From the IMG/VR virus record IMGVR_UViG_3300021181_000004: a stretch of 64,000 nt of DNA; one strand, written 5' to 3'. Both the position numbers and the translations under genes were made by a program. The notes under the pieces are model-generated. The model saw nothing but the letters and a program-made list of their open reading frames with translations, was not told where the DNA came from and searched no databases. Origin of the DNA: a virus (lineage: Duplodnaviria; Caudoviricetes). Every line of letters starts with the position of its first letter. The first letter of the stretch is position 1. Shown in pieces: positions 38,978 to 48,567 of this stretch.

Positions 38978-39846
38978 ATGTCACAACTTGGCTTAATAGC
39001 TAGGCCAAGAAAAATCTCTTCTGATTGACTTGAACCCTGAAATGGGAACAAGGCGGAACCCGTAAAAGGGACCGTGAGAGACTAAGCGAAGAGACTCCGA
39101 AAAGGAGATGCGATAGTCCGCTCTCATGGGAATTATAAACCATGAGAGGTAGGCAGAAATGCCCTACCCTCGTTCAAAGAGCGAGTAACAAAAAGGATAT
39201 TTATCGTCAAGGTACCTCGGCACAGACTGAAACAGTTGTAAGCAGCCGATTTACTATTTTCAGCCCCGCTGTGGATGTGGGCAAATTCGTGAAATTGGGC
39301 GTGACTTCATCCTTCACGATCACAGAATCTAAGACCGTTGATGCAGTACGCGGCCTTGGTTACGGTGATATCATCGCAGAATTAGTGCCTGGTGTCACTC
39401 AACCGATGACACTGGCGATCACTCGTACAGCTCTCTATCTAGCTAACCTCATGCAGATGATGGGTTATAAGGCGGGAGTATCGGGTGCTGTTCGTTCACT
39501 CAAACATCACAAGTGGCCCTTTGATATTCGTACTGAAATTGTTTTCTCGCAGATCGCTTCAGAAGACCCGAATATCCAGAATGCTACTTTAGCAGATATC
39601 CCGAATGAAGGCGGTTTAAACAATACGGGCAATCCTGGTCTATATGCGGTTGCAACCGTATACGAAGGCTGCTGGATGGAGAACTACAACACAGGGTACC
39701 AGATTGAACAGGCCGCCGTGACTGAAGACTGCTCCGTTGTTGTTACAGACGTTTTCGACGTGGCTGGTAGTGTCTATGGTGAATTTATTGACAGTGGTAA
39801 CAATACTGGCGATGCTACTGGTCGCTCTCTAATCTTCACCACCTAA
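38978..39846 (+). CDS. Tail tube protein, join(38978..38993,39197..39846)
   Basis: AAGGAG RBS at exon 1; splicing gives MSQLGYIYRQGTSAQT...; downstream of sheath; VRGLGYGD..ELVPG. Confidence 0.8.
38994..39196 (+). mobile_element. Group I intron (203 nt, no ORF)
   Basis: P1 CTTGGCT/GGCCAAG with U.G at splice site; AGAGACTA and GATAGTCC core elements; terminal G; in-frame ligation. Confidence 0.85.
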
Positions 39847-39852
39847 CAATCT

Positions 39853-39881
39853 AGGCGAAGGCATTTAAAATGCCTTCGCCT
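39853..39881 (+). terminator. Perfect hairpin after tail tube gene
   Basis: AGGCGAAGGCATTT-A-AAATGCCTTCGCCT; no U tract. Confidence 0.45.
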
Positions 39882-39889
39882 CATTAAGG

Positions 39890-41692
39890 TTGCCCGAAAT
39901 GAACACCTTGACGAATAACCCTGAAGACAGAGTGCCTATAAATGAAGCTGGTTTCAAAAAACCACTTAGACAAAAGAAAGGCAATGGTTATCCTTTTGGA
40001 GAATCGGAACTTCGATTGGTGCCAGTTTCTTCTTTATACCCAACTCAAGAGATTGTAATTTCTTCAATAGTGAGTAAACACATGAACTCTCTTGAAACAA
40101 GGCCTCCAGAAGTTGTGGACACGAATGGAAAACTTCTTGTAGCTGATGGTCATCATCGGATTGCTGCTGCGATAGCTAAAGGAGACAAAAATATCTTGGT
40201 ATCTGTATTTCCCAAGTGGGGGGCTAAAGGAAGTACTGAAGGTTGGGGTGAAGTAAGAACTTGGAAGATAAATAAAGCTAACGCTAACGCTAACGATAGT
40301 CCACTTCTACAACATCATAAGACCAAAGTTGCACTAGACGCACTCCTTGAAATGTATGCTGACCCCACTCGTGCTACTGAGACGGGCGATTGGCACGCTG
40401 ACCCTGACTATGATGATCCACTCGCCATGAAGGGGACAGAACCTGAAAACGTGAAGTACGGCGACGCACCCCTTCCCGCTCAGAAAACAGATGGAGTAGA
40501 TCCAACATTGAATCCTGAAGACAAAATCTTCAAACGCAGTAAACCCGCAGCGGATCTCTCAATGGTCATTTCTGCCGCTGGCGGACGGAGTTTTATGTAC
40601 AAACATTTCAAAGATGCGCATACTGCTCACGCTCATCTTGTAGAGACAGCGCGTTACTATCATGTTGCTGACTTCGGTCAAATTTGGGCTTGGGCGGAGA
40701 AGAATTTTCCTGTTAAAGAAGCTGTAGTCGAACAGAAATTAACTCCTAAGATGTTACCTCAGCGCGATGATATGCGCGGACATTTGGATGAGGATGTTAA
40801 AGACGAGATAAATGAGATAGTGGATGCTCCTGTAATGCAAGGTGCGAAAGGTGTGCATATCGGGGCGTCGCAAGCAGAAATTTTGAAGGCGTTTGACCAT
40901 CTTCTGAATCTTTTGTATGGTACAAGTCCAAATGAACTTAGTGAAGAACAACGGAAGGATTTATTTGTCTATGTTCGCAAATACTTAAAGGAGTCTCTGG
41001 GCCGTTTAGGGATAAATTGCATTGCTTCAAAAACTAGCGCCAAAAAATCTCTTCCTGAGAAGAAATATCCAGACACGGCTGGAGGAGCCATTGCCTGCTT
41101 ACAGTCTGACTCTACTCTGGATGTAAAAGAAGCAACAGCACGGCCCGATCCTTCTGTTGAAGGCGTATGGGAAGTTCGATGCCCAAATGGGGATCGTGCT
41201 ATTGTTTATCTTGCGGGTTATAAGGATCCGTTTGGTCAAATAAGATCTCGGAATGATTTTGAAGCAGAGACACAAGAAGACCGTGATTTTGCTATGGAAG
41301 ATCTTAACGACAGAGCAAACGAAGAAATTGAAAAGACCTCCGATCTCGGAGATCAGATGCGCAACGAGGACGCACGGGCTGAATACACTATGGATCAAGT
41401 GCGCGATGCTAGGAAAGAAGCTTATCAAGCATTCCTTCAAGACCCCTTTTACCAACAGGAAGCACAGGACAACGGAACGACTTTAGAAGAGTTATGGGCG
41501 CAAGTTGGAGAGGATTTCACTAATGAATATTGGCAAGCTCATCGGGCTAGCTACAAGAAAGTTGACAAAACAGCAGCATGCCCTATCTGTAAGTCTAGCA
41601 ATGTGATACCAGTGGAAGATTTGGCAGTTAAGACTGCTTCCGGGTGTGTGTTACAGGAATGCAGGGCATGTGGCTCATTCTTTACGTTTTAG
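39890..41692 (+). CDS. K-x-A segmented head protein with N-terminal ParB/Srx-like domain
   Basis: VPVSSLYPTQ...LLVADGHHRIAAA; many KEA/KTA/KTS sites; C-terminal CPIC..CRAC. Confidence 0.65.
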   Translation: MPEMNTLTNNPEDRVPINEAGFKKPLRQKKGNGYPFGESELRLVPVSSLYPTQEIVISSIVSKHMNSLETRPPEVVDTNGKLLVADGHHRIAAAIAKGDKNILVSVFPKWGAKGSTEGWGEVRTWKINKANANANDSPLLQHHKTKVALDALLEMYADPTRATETGDWHADPDYDDPLAMKGTEPENVKYGDAPLPAQKTDGVDPTLNPEDKIFKRSKPAADLSMVISAAGGRSFMYKHFKDAHTAHAHLVETARYYHVADFGQIWAWAEKNFPVKEAVVEQKLTPKMLPQRDDMRGHLDEDVKDEINEIVDAPVMQGAKGVHIGASQAEILKAFDHLLNLLYGTSPNELSEEQRKDLFVYVRKYLKESLGRLGINCIASKTSAKKSLPEKKYPDTAGGAIACLQSDSTLDVKEATARPDPSVEGVWEVRCPNGDRAIVYLAGYKDPFGQIRSRNDFEAETQEDRDFAMEDLNDRANEEIEKTSDLGDQMRNEDARAEYTMDQVRDARKEAYQAFLQDPFYQQEAQDNGTTLEELWAQVGEDFTNEYWQAHRASYKKVDKTAACPICKSSNVIPVEDLAVKTASGCVLQECRACGSFFTF

Positions 41693-41705
41693 GAATATAA
41701 GTAGA

Positions 41706-42605
41706 ATGAAGGGTACATTTAAAAAGATCGCAACGGCTAAAATTGAAGACCCGACCTTATCACTACGGGATTGGGAGAACATCTATGGGCAAAATACATT
41801 TGGCCTAAAAACTGCTTCTAATCGTAAAATTGCAGCGGAAACTAGTAAGTACCTGCTTTCTCACTGTACAATCATGAGCAGCGTGCAGACTGAGGAAGAC
41901 CCGTACGACTATCTCATCAGACCTGAGACATCTCACCTCGTCAATAACAATGACGATGCGTGGACGAATGAGGTCCTGAAATTATCCCATCGGAGTTTTG
42001 TTGGTGCATTCAATTTTGTCGAGCACTATCAGAATAGCGCCCATGCTAAGGGGCATATTCTTGATTCTGTCTTGCGCAAAGTAACCATCGGTTCTTGTTG
42101 GGTTTATTTCTGCGATATTCTTGTTGCTACAGATTTAGCACACACTCAACTGGTCACAGATATTCGTAATGAAAAAGTAAAATATTTGTCCATGGGTTGC
42201 GTGACAGATCTAGTCATTTGTTCTTATTGTGGTCAGCTTGTTACTGATGCAAGCACTTATTGCCACCATCTTGCTTTTCAAAAAGGAATGTTTCTTGCAG
42301 ATCAAGATGGCATCCCAAGAAGGATAGCTGAATTATGCGGGCATAAATCAATGCCTAACGGCGGTGTTAAGTTTGTAGAAGCTTCTTGGGTTGCAACTCC
42401 AGCCTTTCCTGGTGCATCTATGCGTAATGTCGTAGACTCGTCTTGGGAAGGTCCAAAGACTAAATACACCCAAGCTTCTAAAGAATCTAGTCACTTTGCT
42501 AAAGCAGCATCGGCAAAAACCCAACAAGATAATGACTTTGAACTACTAAATAGTAGGTACAGGAATGACGCCGTGGGCAACGCGGCTCTTCGGAGAATAC
42601 TTTAA
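41706..42605 (+). CDS. Prohead maturation protease
   Basis: NNNDDAW, FNFVEH, KGHILD, YLSMGC..CSYC..C.H, FVEASWVATPAFPGA; precedes scaffold and MCP. Confidence 0.75.
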   Translation: MKGTFKKIATAKIEDPTLSLRDWENIYGQNTFGLKTASNRKIAAETSKYLLSHCTIMSSVQTEEDPYDYLIRPETSHLVNNNDDAWTNEVLKLSHRSFVGAFNFVEHYQNSAHAKGHILDSVLRKVTIGSCWVYFCDILVATDLAHTQLVTDIRNEKVKYLSMGCVTDLVICSYCGQLVTDASTYCHHLAFQKGMFLADQDGIPRRIAELCGHKSMPNGGVKFVEASWVATPAFPGASMRNVVDSSWEGPKTKYTQASKESSHFAKAASAKTQQDNDFELLNSRYRNDAVGNAALRRIL

Positions 42606-44839
42606 TGGCTAAGACCGTCACGGCTTCACAACTTCGCGCTGCTGTAAAAACAGCTCTTCAAAAGAAAGAAGCAGATCTTGACATGATGGATGACCAACTC
42701 CTCGGCATGGATGCAGAAATGCCTGCTGATACTATGTCTAACGACTTTGACATGCTCGCTCAGAAGCGCAACGATCTAGAAGATAATATCCGTAAGATGC
42801 GTGAGCGTATTGAGTTGATTAGCGCATGGGAACAATTGAAGAATGGCGATTGGTCCGAAGAAGTTAAAAATCTTCTTAAAGATCTTGATATGAACATCGC
42901 TGAAATCGCCGATAATTCCACAGGTGAAGTGGTACCTCCTGTGGGCATGGCAGCCCCGCCCGCCCCTGTACCACCAGTGGCACCTGGTGCACCAGCAGTA
43001 CCTCCTGTCGCCCCACCAGCTCCCGAAGTTACAGAAGCACTACCTGAGACTCCACCAGAAGAGACTCCTGCAGTAGAAGTCCCAGAGGGTGGAGAAGAAT
43101 TGCCCGGGACTACAGCTAGTAAAAAGAACGACTTCAGCAGTTCCAATAAGAAGGGCAATTTTGCCCCGGTGAAGAAGGAAGGCATTATGACTCAAACAGC
43201 AACTAAGCTTGCATTAAAGCCAGAACTTGTAGCAGCAAAGGCGGCTCGGGAATCGTTAGCAAAGACTCGTATCGCGGCAGCTTTCTCTATCGCCAAGACT
43301 ATGCTTCCTGGAGCACCCATTGAAGTTCACCGCGCATTTACAGCATCCCTTCTACAAAACAGCACCAAAGTTCTCAAAGCAGCGTTGCGCCAGACGGCGG
43401 TCAATGCCTATAACACTAAACTTGCCGATGATATTAAGCGCAAGCATAAGATGGAACTGAACGATCTTTTGGAAGAGCCATCCGTGCTCTCCGGCCTAAA
43501 GCGCGAAGTGGAAACCGAAGTCAAGGGTGACGCTAAGAATGCTTCGGGAAAGCAAGCTGATGATCGCAAAGACGCTGGTCCTCAGAACGAAACCTACAAC
43601 GATGGGCGTGGGTGTGGTGGTGGGACTCATACAGAACCCAAGGAAACCGACGCTGGCAAAGCTGGTGATCGCCCGGTTAATACTATTAACAAATCTGAAG
43701 AAGGCGACAAGGCCGTAAAGGCAGCCGCTGAAAAGTGCGCAGAGTGCAAGGACGGTAAGAAGTGTGCCAAGCATGCATCTGTAAAGCAGGCTCATGGCGA
43801 AGACTGCAAAGGTTGCGAGAAGTGCGAAGGCAAGAAAGCCGCACAATCTGCAATCAAAGCTGCTTCTGCTGCTTGCAAGGAATGTAAAGAAGGTTCCATG
43901 TGCAGTAAGCATGCTGCCGCTTCTAAGTACGCAGATGACATGCCTCCAATGGATGGTCCAGCAGAAGGCGTAGCTCCTGAAGGACCAGCAGGTGATGCTG
44001 GTGCAGCGCCCGTAGAAGAAGGTCCAGTGGGCGGTGATGCACCGTCTCCAGAAATGGGTGCGCCTGGTGCTGAAGCAGAAAGTACAACTGTCCTCACCGA
44101 AGAAAAGAAAATGGAAATGACCGAGAAAATTGACGAAGCTGAACAAGCCATTCAAGGTCTCTTGGCCGACATCGAAGGCGAGAACAACGCGGCTGAAGAA
44201 GGCGTTGCCGAAATGGCTGAACTGCCGGGCGGCGAAGTTGAAGGTCAGGGAGAAGAACTCAAGATTGAAGATATCTTTAATCAGGGTGAAATGGAAGACA
44301 AGGAAAGTTCCTTGGCGAACCAAGGCGATAATAGCGTTATGGCCGACGGAGACTCTGTTGAGAGCTTTTTTGGTCCAAGTGCGTCGTCAGAAATGGAAGC
44401 TTGCCTTGAACCACAGACCGCTTCTATTCAAGAGATGTTTTCTGTAGAGGGCAGTGACGCTGATCCAATGGCGGTTCTGTTTGGATCTACAAAGGAAGCA
44501 GGAGACGTTGCGGGAACGGATGTTCTTCCTTCCTTTACCAGCGAAACAGCAACGCACTTCCAGACAGATACATCCAAAGGCGATGGTCGTGATTCAGGCT
44601 CTGATCATGAGTCTGACATCTGGGCTGAAGCACTCGACTCTGTTAAGTTTGAAGACAGCGGTCAGAAGCGTGTAAAGCAAGATGAAACCAACGTTATGGA
44701 AGAAGCGCCGGAAGGCAAGAAGGCAGCACAGAAGAAAGCCGCCTACACTGGCCCAATTCGTCCGCAGGCACCAAAGCAGGCAGCAGGAGCTGATCTAGGA
44801 GAAGCTCTTCTGGGTTCGTTCTTTGGGGATGGTAAGTAA
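42605..44839 (+). CDS. Capsid scaffolding protein
   Basis: Acidic, coiled-coil and low-complexity, K-x-A rich; between protease and MCP. Confidence 0.65.
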   Translation: MAKTVTASQLRAAVKTALQKKEADLDMMDDQLLGMDAEMPADTMSNDFDMLAQKRNDLEDNIRKMRERIELISAWEQLKNGDWSEEVKNLLKDLDMNIAEIADNSTGEVVPPVGMAAPPAPVPPVAPGAPAVPPVAPPAPEVTEALPETPPEETPAVEVPEGGEELPGTTASKKNDFSSSNKKGNFAPVKKEGIMTQTATKLALKPELVAAKAARESLAKTRIAAAFSIAKTMLPGAPIEVHRAFTASLLQNSTKVLKAALRQTAVNAYNTKLADDIKRKHKMELNDLLEEPSVLSGLKREVETEVKGDAKNASGKQADDRKDAGPQNETYNDGRGCGGGTHTEPKETDAGKAGDRPVNTINKSEEGDKAVKAAAEKCAECKDGKKCAKHASVKQAHGEDCKGCEKCEGKKAAQSAIKAASAACKECKEGSMCSKHAAASKYADDMPPMDGPAEGVAPEGPAGDAGAAPVEEGPVGGDAPSPEMGAPGAEAESTTVLTEEKKMEMTEKIDEAEQAIQGLLADIEGENNAAEEGVAEMAELPGGEVEGQGEELKIEDIFNQGEMEDKESSLANQGDNSVMADGDSVESFFGPSASSEMEACLEPQTASIQEMFSVEGSDADPMAVLFGSTKEAGDVAGTDVLPSFTSETATHFQTDTSKGDGRDSGSDHESDIWAEALDSVKFEDSGQKRVKQDETNVMEEAPEGKKAAQKKAAYTGPIRPQAPKQAAGADLGEALLGSFFGDGK

Positions 44840-44930
44840 TTCCGAGATGGTGGGATCAGATTAGCTCTTGATCTAGCTGGTGAGCTTTGAGAGTTTTCTA
44901 CCCACTGAAAGCACCAGCAAAAGATTGACC

Positions 44931-44960
44931 AAGCGCCCTCAAAAGGGGCGCTTTCGTTTT
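44931..44960 (+). terminator. Rho-independent terminator
   Basis: AAGCGCCCTC-AAAA-GGGGCGCTTTCGTTTT. Confidence 0.7.
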
Positions 44961-45004
44961 GCTCAATCCCTTGACTGCAGGAGTTTGGGAAGCATCGAGG
45001 CCTT

Positions 45005-45208
45005 TTATACCAATTTGAATGTCTGTTTGATCCCTTCAACCTCTTGAAGCAGTCCTTGCTTTACCAGAGCTTGAATCGTATTCCTCTGAATACGCTTTGT
45101 CCCGCCAGAGACGATAAAGGCCATACCGTACCAAAGGACAACAGTCTTGTATTCTGAGGCTTGGATCGCACGAAGAGCTTCTTGTTGAATTTTGGATAGG
45201 TTGGACAT
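45005..45208 (-). CDS. Small winged-helix-like protein
   Basis: QQEALRAI...IQRNTIQALVKQGLL; has its own motif promoter. Confidence 0.55.
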   Translation of the reverse strand: MSNLSKIQQEALRAIQASEYKTVVLWYGMAFIVSGGTKRIQRNTIQALVKQGLLQEVEGIKQTFKLV

Positions 45209-45213
45209 GTTCT

Positions 45214-45243
45214 ATTCTACGCTTTAATTTCATGGGGCGGGTA
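45214..45243 (-). promoter_or_regulatory. TACCCG-N17-GTAGWAT class promoter
   Basis: TACCCG-N17-GTAGAAT upstream of 45208. Confidence 0.65.
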
Positions 45244-45442
45244 TGAGTGTTGCCCCACTTTTGCTATTCCGTTTGCCCCAGATAAAACCGCTATTTCGCT
45301 AAGTGATTCACTAATGAATAAAATTTCCGTATTCCTGTCATTAAAATGAACGGCTTGCCTTCTTCTATAGTTCTTGCCTCACGGCTGAATTGGAATCGGG
45401 CAAATTCAAACCAAGCTGTTCTTTCAAAAGAGGGAAAATCTC

Positions 45443-45952
45443 ATGTTGAAACTTGATTACTATGGTAGCAACGATGGAACTACAGTTCCAGACGTTGTTC
45501 TCACTGGCGATCCCGGAACGGATCAAGCAACATTAACTGCTGCTGGATATCTCGGAGGCCGTCTCATGGAAATTGAGGCAGTCGCCGTTAACCAGCCACA
45601 GGTTGCAGGTTCCCCGGTAATTGTCCCGTACAACGGCGATCAGTCATTACAGCCGCCTTACGGTGCATTGCTCAACGGTCCCGGCGAATTCGCTGGTGCA
45701 ATTGGGCCTTCAGGATCTCGCAAGGCTCCAGTAGTTCGCGCCCTGTGGCGTGGATCACTGTCTAGCGAATCTTACGACACGACTGACGCAGGCTTTACAA
45801 TGGGTCAGTATGTGTATGGCGGCGGAACTGTTCACAGCAATGTGGGCATGTACGCAGCCACGAACAAGGGCGCAAACTCGCCAGCAGTTGGCATTTGCAC
45901 TCACGTCCCGTCCGTCGCGGAGCCTTGGCTCAGCGTGGCGTCGTTACTGTAA
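45443..45952 (+). CDS. Capsid decoration / minor capsid protein candidate
   Basis: 169 aa immediately upstream of MCP. Confidence 0.55.
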   Translation: MLKLDYYGSNDGTTVPDVVLTGDPGTDQATLTAAGYLGGRLMEIEAVAVNQPQVAGSPVIVPYNGDQSLQPPYGALLNGPGEFAGAIGPSGSRKAPVVRALWRGSLSSESYDTTDAGFTMGQYVYGGGTVHSNVGMYAATNKGANSPAVGICTHVPSVAEPWLSVASLL

Positions 45953-45979
45953 GGACGAAAGGGAAAAAGGAGAAAACAC

Positions 45980-46939
45980 ATGCCTAGCCTATCTCGTACA
46001 CAACAGCAGACGGCCATGCTCGGTCAACTCTTGAAGACCGCAGGTGGACGTCAGAAGTTGGCGGCATCACTGGGACCGTCCCTACGCCGTCGTCGTGACT
46101 ATATGAGCATTGCTCGCAAGGCTCTTATGGTCGAAACACTACCAGATGGCGCACTACCCATCTACGATAAGGAATTCGATACGCAGGCTGAAACCGTCGG
46201 AACAACGGCTGGTGGATCCTTCGTAGAAGCATTCGTAATCGGAGAAGAGGGTGGAGACGTTGTCCGTGTCACCAAGCCAAAGCGCGTCACTGTTCCGACG
46301 TTTGAAATCGCGGCTAACCCCATGATTCCAATTACTCAGATCAAGGAACGTCGTTTTGACCTTGTGGCTCGTTCTCTGAACTTGGCCAAGGCCGAAGTGG
46401 GCGCGCAAGAAGACGCTTACATCTTCACCTTGTTCGATCAGATCGCAAACGCGGCAGCAGGAAAGTCCACGTTCGATCCAATCTACAACCCGGATATCGC
46501 GATCAACGCACCCGTGGACATCAACTCTATTGCTGATGCCTTCGGTCAGGTGCAGCGTCACGACATCTCTGTGAACTTCATTTTCTTTAATCCGCGCGAC
46601 TATACGGATCTGTTGAAGTGGACGCAGCAGAATATCGACCGTGAGACGCAGCGCAAGCTGTTGAAGACGGGCGTTATGGGTTATCTCTGGGGAGCAACGC
46701 TCTTACAGTCACGTCGTGTTGGCTACGGCTGCATCTACGTACTGGCGGACGCAGAGTTCCTGGGCGTCATCCCTGAGCGTATTCCGCTCACAGTCATGTC
46801 GGCTGATCGTCCTGACCTTCGTCAGATTGGTTTCTCGATCTTTGAGAACCTCGGCTTCCTCGTTTTCAACCCGAGCGGAGTTCAGCGTCTGACGGTCAAT
46901 GGTCGCTTCAGTGCGGGCACTAACTACGGTGAACAGTAA
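45980..46939 (+). CDS. Major capsid protein (HK97 fold, Bxz1-like)
   Basis: [14 protein letters not shown]...[12 protein letters not shown]...[14 protein letters not shown]...QED...NPRDYTDL...EFLG...NPSGV recalls cluster C mycobacteriophage MCP. Confidence 0.85.
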   Translation: MPSLSRTQQQTAMLGQLLKTAGGRQKLAASLGPSLRRRRDYMSIARKALMVETLPDGALPIYDKEFDTQAETVGTTAGGSFVEAFVIGEEGGDVVRVTKPKRVTVPTFEIAANPMIPITQIKERRFDLVARSLNLAKAEVGAQEDAYIFTLFDQIANAAAGKSTFDPIYNPDIAINAPVDINSIADAFGQVQRHDISVNFIFFNPRDYTDLLKWTQQNIDRETQRKLLKTGVMGYLWGATLLQSRRVGYGCIYVLADAEFLGVIPERIPLTVMSADRPDLRQIGFSIFENLGFLVFNPSGVQRLTVNGRFSAGTNYGEQ

Positions 46940-46959
46940 AACGTTCGCTACCACAACTC

Positions 46960-46998
46960 AAACGGCTCCCGAGAAATTGGGAGCCGTTTTTATTTTTT
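46960..46998 (+). terminator. Rho-independent terminator after MCP
   Basis: AAACGGCTCCC-GAGAAATT-GGGAGCCGTTTTTATTTTTT. Confidence 0.8.
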
Positions 46999-47030
46999 AC
47001 AATATCAAAATACCAATCGAGGGATTGAAA

Positions 47031-47663
47031 ATGAAACTCTATCGTGTTCTTGTCGCTGTTCTATTATTAGCAATATGTTCCTTTGCCCAAACAGGCCCGG
47101 CTGGCAGTTCGATTGCATACGACTCTACCCAAAATTGTGGGCTGCCTCAGCTTAATTTCACACTTATATGTTATGGACCAACTTCAGTCCAAGTGTCTTA
47201 TAACGATGCACCCTATTCAGTATTCGGTGCAACTGGGCCTCAAGGGCCAGCAGGACCGACCGGGCCAACTGGTTTAACGGGAGCAACAGGTCCTCAAGGC
47301 ACTACTGGTCTCACTGGAGCACAAGGACCTATTGGACAAACGGGTGCGATTGGCCCAATAGGATTAACAGGCGCTACTGGGGATGCTGGTCCAACAGGAG
47401 CCACTGGCCCGACTGGCGCTACAGGACCCACTGGATTAACAGGTGCAACGGGTGCTGCCGGAGCTACTGGGCCAAAAGGAGCCACTGGTGCCACAGGTGC
47501 CCCCGGACCACAGGGGTTAACAGGTGCAACGGGCGCTACAGGACCCACTGGACCTCAAGGTCCTATTGGACCAAATTGGTCGACTTGTTCGTTTACAGTA
47601 TCAAATTATACGATCAAGGGACAGACAATCGTTGGAACGCTTAAAGTGACTGGATGCTCTTAA
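47031..47663 (+). CDS. Collagen-like protein with signal peptide
   Basis: [19 protein letters not shown] signal; uninterrupted G-X-Y run ([13 protein letters not shown]...). Confidence 0.8.
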   Translation: MKLYRVLVAVLLLAICSFAQTGPAGSSIAYDSTQNCGLPQLNFTLICYGPTSVQVSYNDAPYSVFGATGPQGPAGPTGPTGLTGATGPQGTTGLTGAQGPIGQTGAIGPIGLTGATGDAGPTGATGPTGATGPTGLTGATGAAGATGPKGATGATGAPGPQGLTGATGATGPTGPQGPIGPNWSTCSFTVSNYTIKGQTIVGTLKVTGCS

Positions 47664-48034
47664 GACTAAAGCTTCGTTTGTTATTTTTGATGATCGCAGC
47701 TGTAGCCTCGGGTCAGGTTATTGTCACAGGTACAGCTGCGGTATCCGGTTCGAGCCTGAAAATTTCTGGAGTTACCTCTAAAAGTGTTAAACTCACTTGG
47801 GGTGCGTCGCCAGCCTCTATACCGCCTGTAACAGTTACTGGTTATAATGTCTATCGATCTACCACAACTGGTGGCCCTTATCAGAAGATATCCCCGATTG
47901 CCATTCTGCCTTCGGGCAATCTTGTCTTTACGGACATCAACGTTAACCATGGCACGACTTACTATTATGTGACTACGGCATTAGGGAATGGTAAGGAAAG
48001 CATGTATTCTAATCAAGCCACGGCGTCTCCCTAG
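47654..48034 (+). CDS. Signal peptide + single FN3 domain
   Basis: [42 protein letters not shown]. Confidence 0.8.
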   Translation: MLLRLKLRLLFLMIAAVASGQVIVTGTAAVSGSSLKISGVTSKSVKLTWGASPASIPPVTVTGYNVYRSTTTGGPYQKISPIAILPSGNLVFTDINVNHGTTYYYVTTALGNGKESMYSNQATASP

Positions 48035-48119
48035 ATAAGGAGGCAGATACATCACGTCTTCGAAAAAGAAAGACAAGGTACAAATCGCAGTATTCAATAG
48101 ATTGCTGGAGCTTTCTTAA

Positions 48120-48518
48120 ATGCAGAAATCCTTTGTTGTCAAAGCTACTCTGTGTATAGAAGAATGTCAGTTTTATCTTAGAGCTGGCGATGTCATCATG
48201 TACGAATCTGTGGGGCACCGTCTCACGGTCTACCGTGCTAATGAGATTGTAAAAACTTTGAAACAGACCCCGTTAGGTATCTCGGCGATGGTAAAGACTG
48301 GAATCCTTCAAGAAGTTATAGCACCTTCGCCTGTGGCTGTCCCAGCCCCTGCAAAGTTGTCCCCAGCAATCGAAGCCACTCCTCAAACTCCTCCTAAACC
48401 CTCAAAGAAGACAGGTCTTACTGCAGAGGAGTTTACCCCCGCAGTCAAGCGCGGTAAGGCTCAACCGAAAGAAGTATCTGTGGACCAGCTCCCAACTGCA
48501 CTTCAAGAACTCGTTTAA
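48120..48518 (+). CDS. Hypothetical protein
   Basis: ORF with Pro/Lys-rich tail. Confidence 0.55.
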   Translation: MQKSFVVKATLCIEECQFYLRAGDVIMYESVGHRLTVYRANEIVKTLKQTPLGISAMVKTGILQEVIAPSPVAVPAPAKLSPAIEATPQTPPKPSKKTGLTAEEFTPAVKRGKAQPKEVSVDQLPTALQELV

Positions 48519-48567
48519 TCCTTTCTGTCACAGAACTTCCCGCTTTCTTAGTGAGGGGAATTCTCGG

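Noticed and set aside
39142-39196. ORF-track N-terminus MRGRQKCPTLVQRASNKK of the tail tube
   Set aside because: Lies within the group I intron; the real start is 38978.
47230-47570. Periodic 9-bp pattern as a DNA repeat element
   Set aside because: Explained by collagen G-X-Y codons with synonymous variation.
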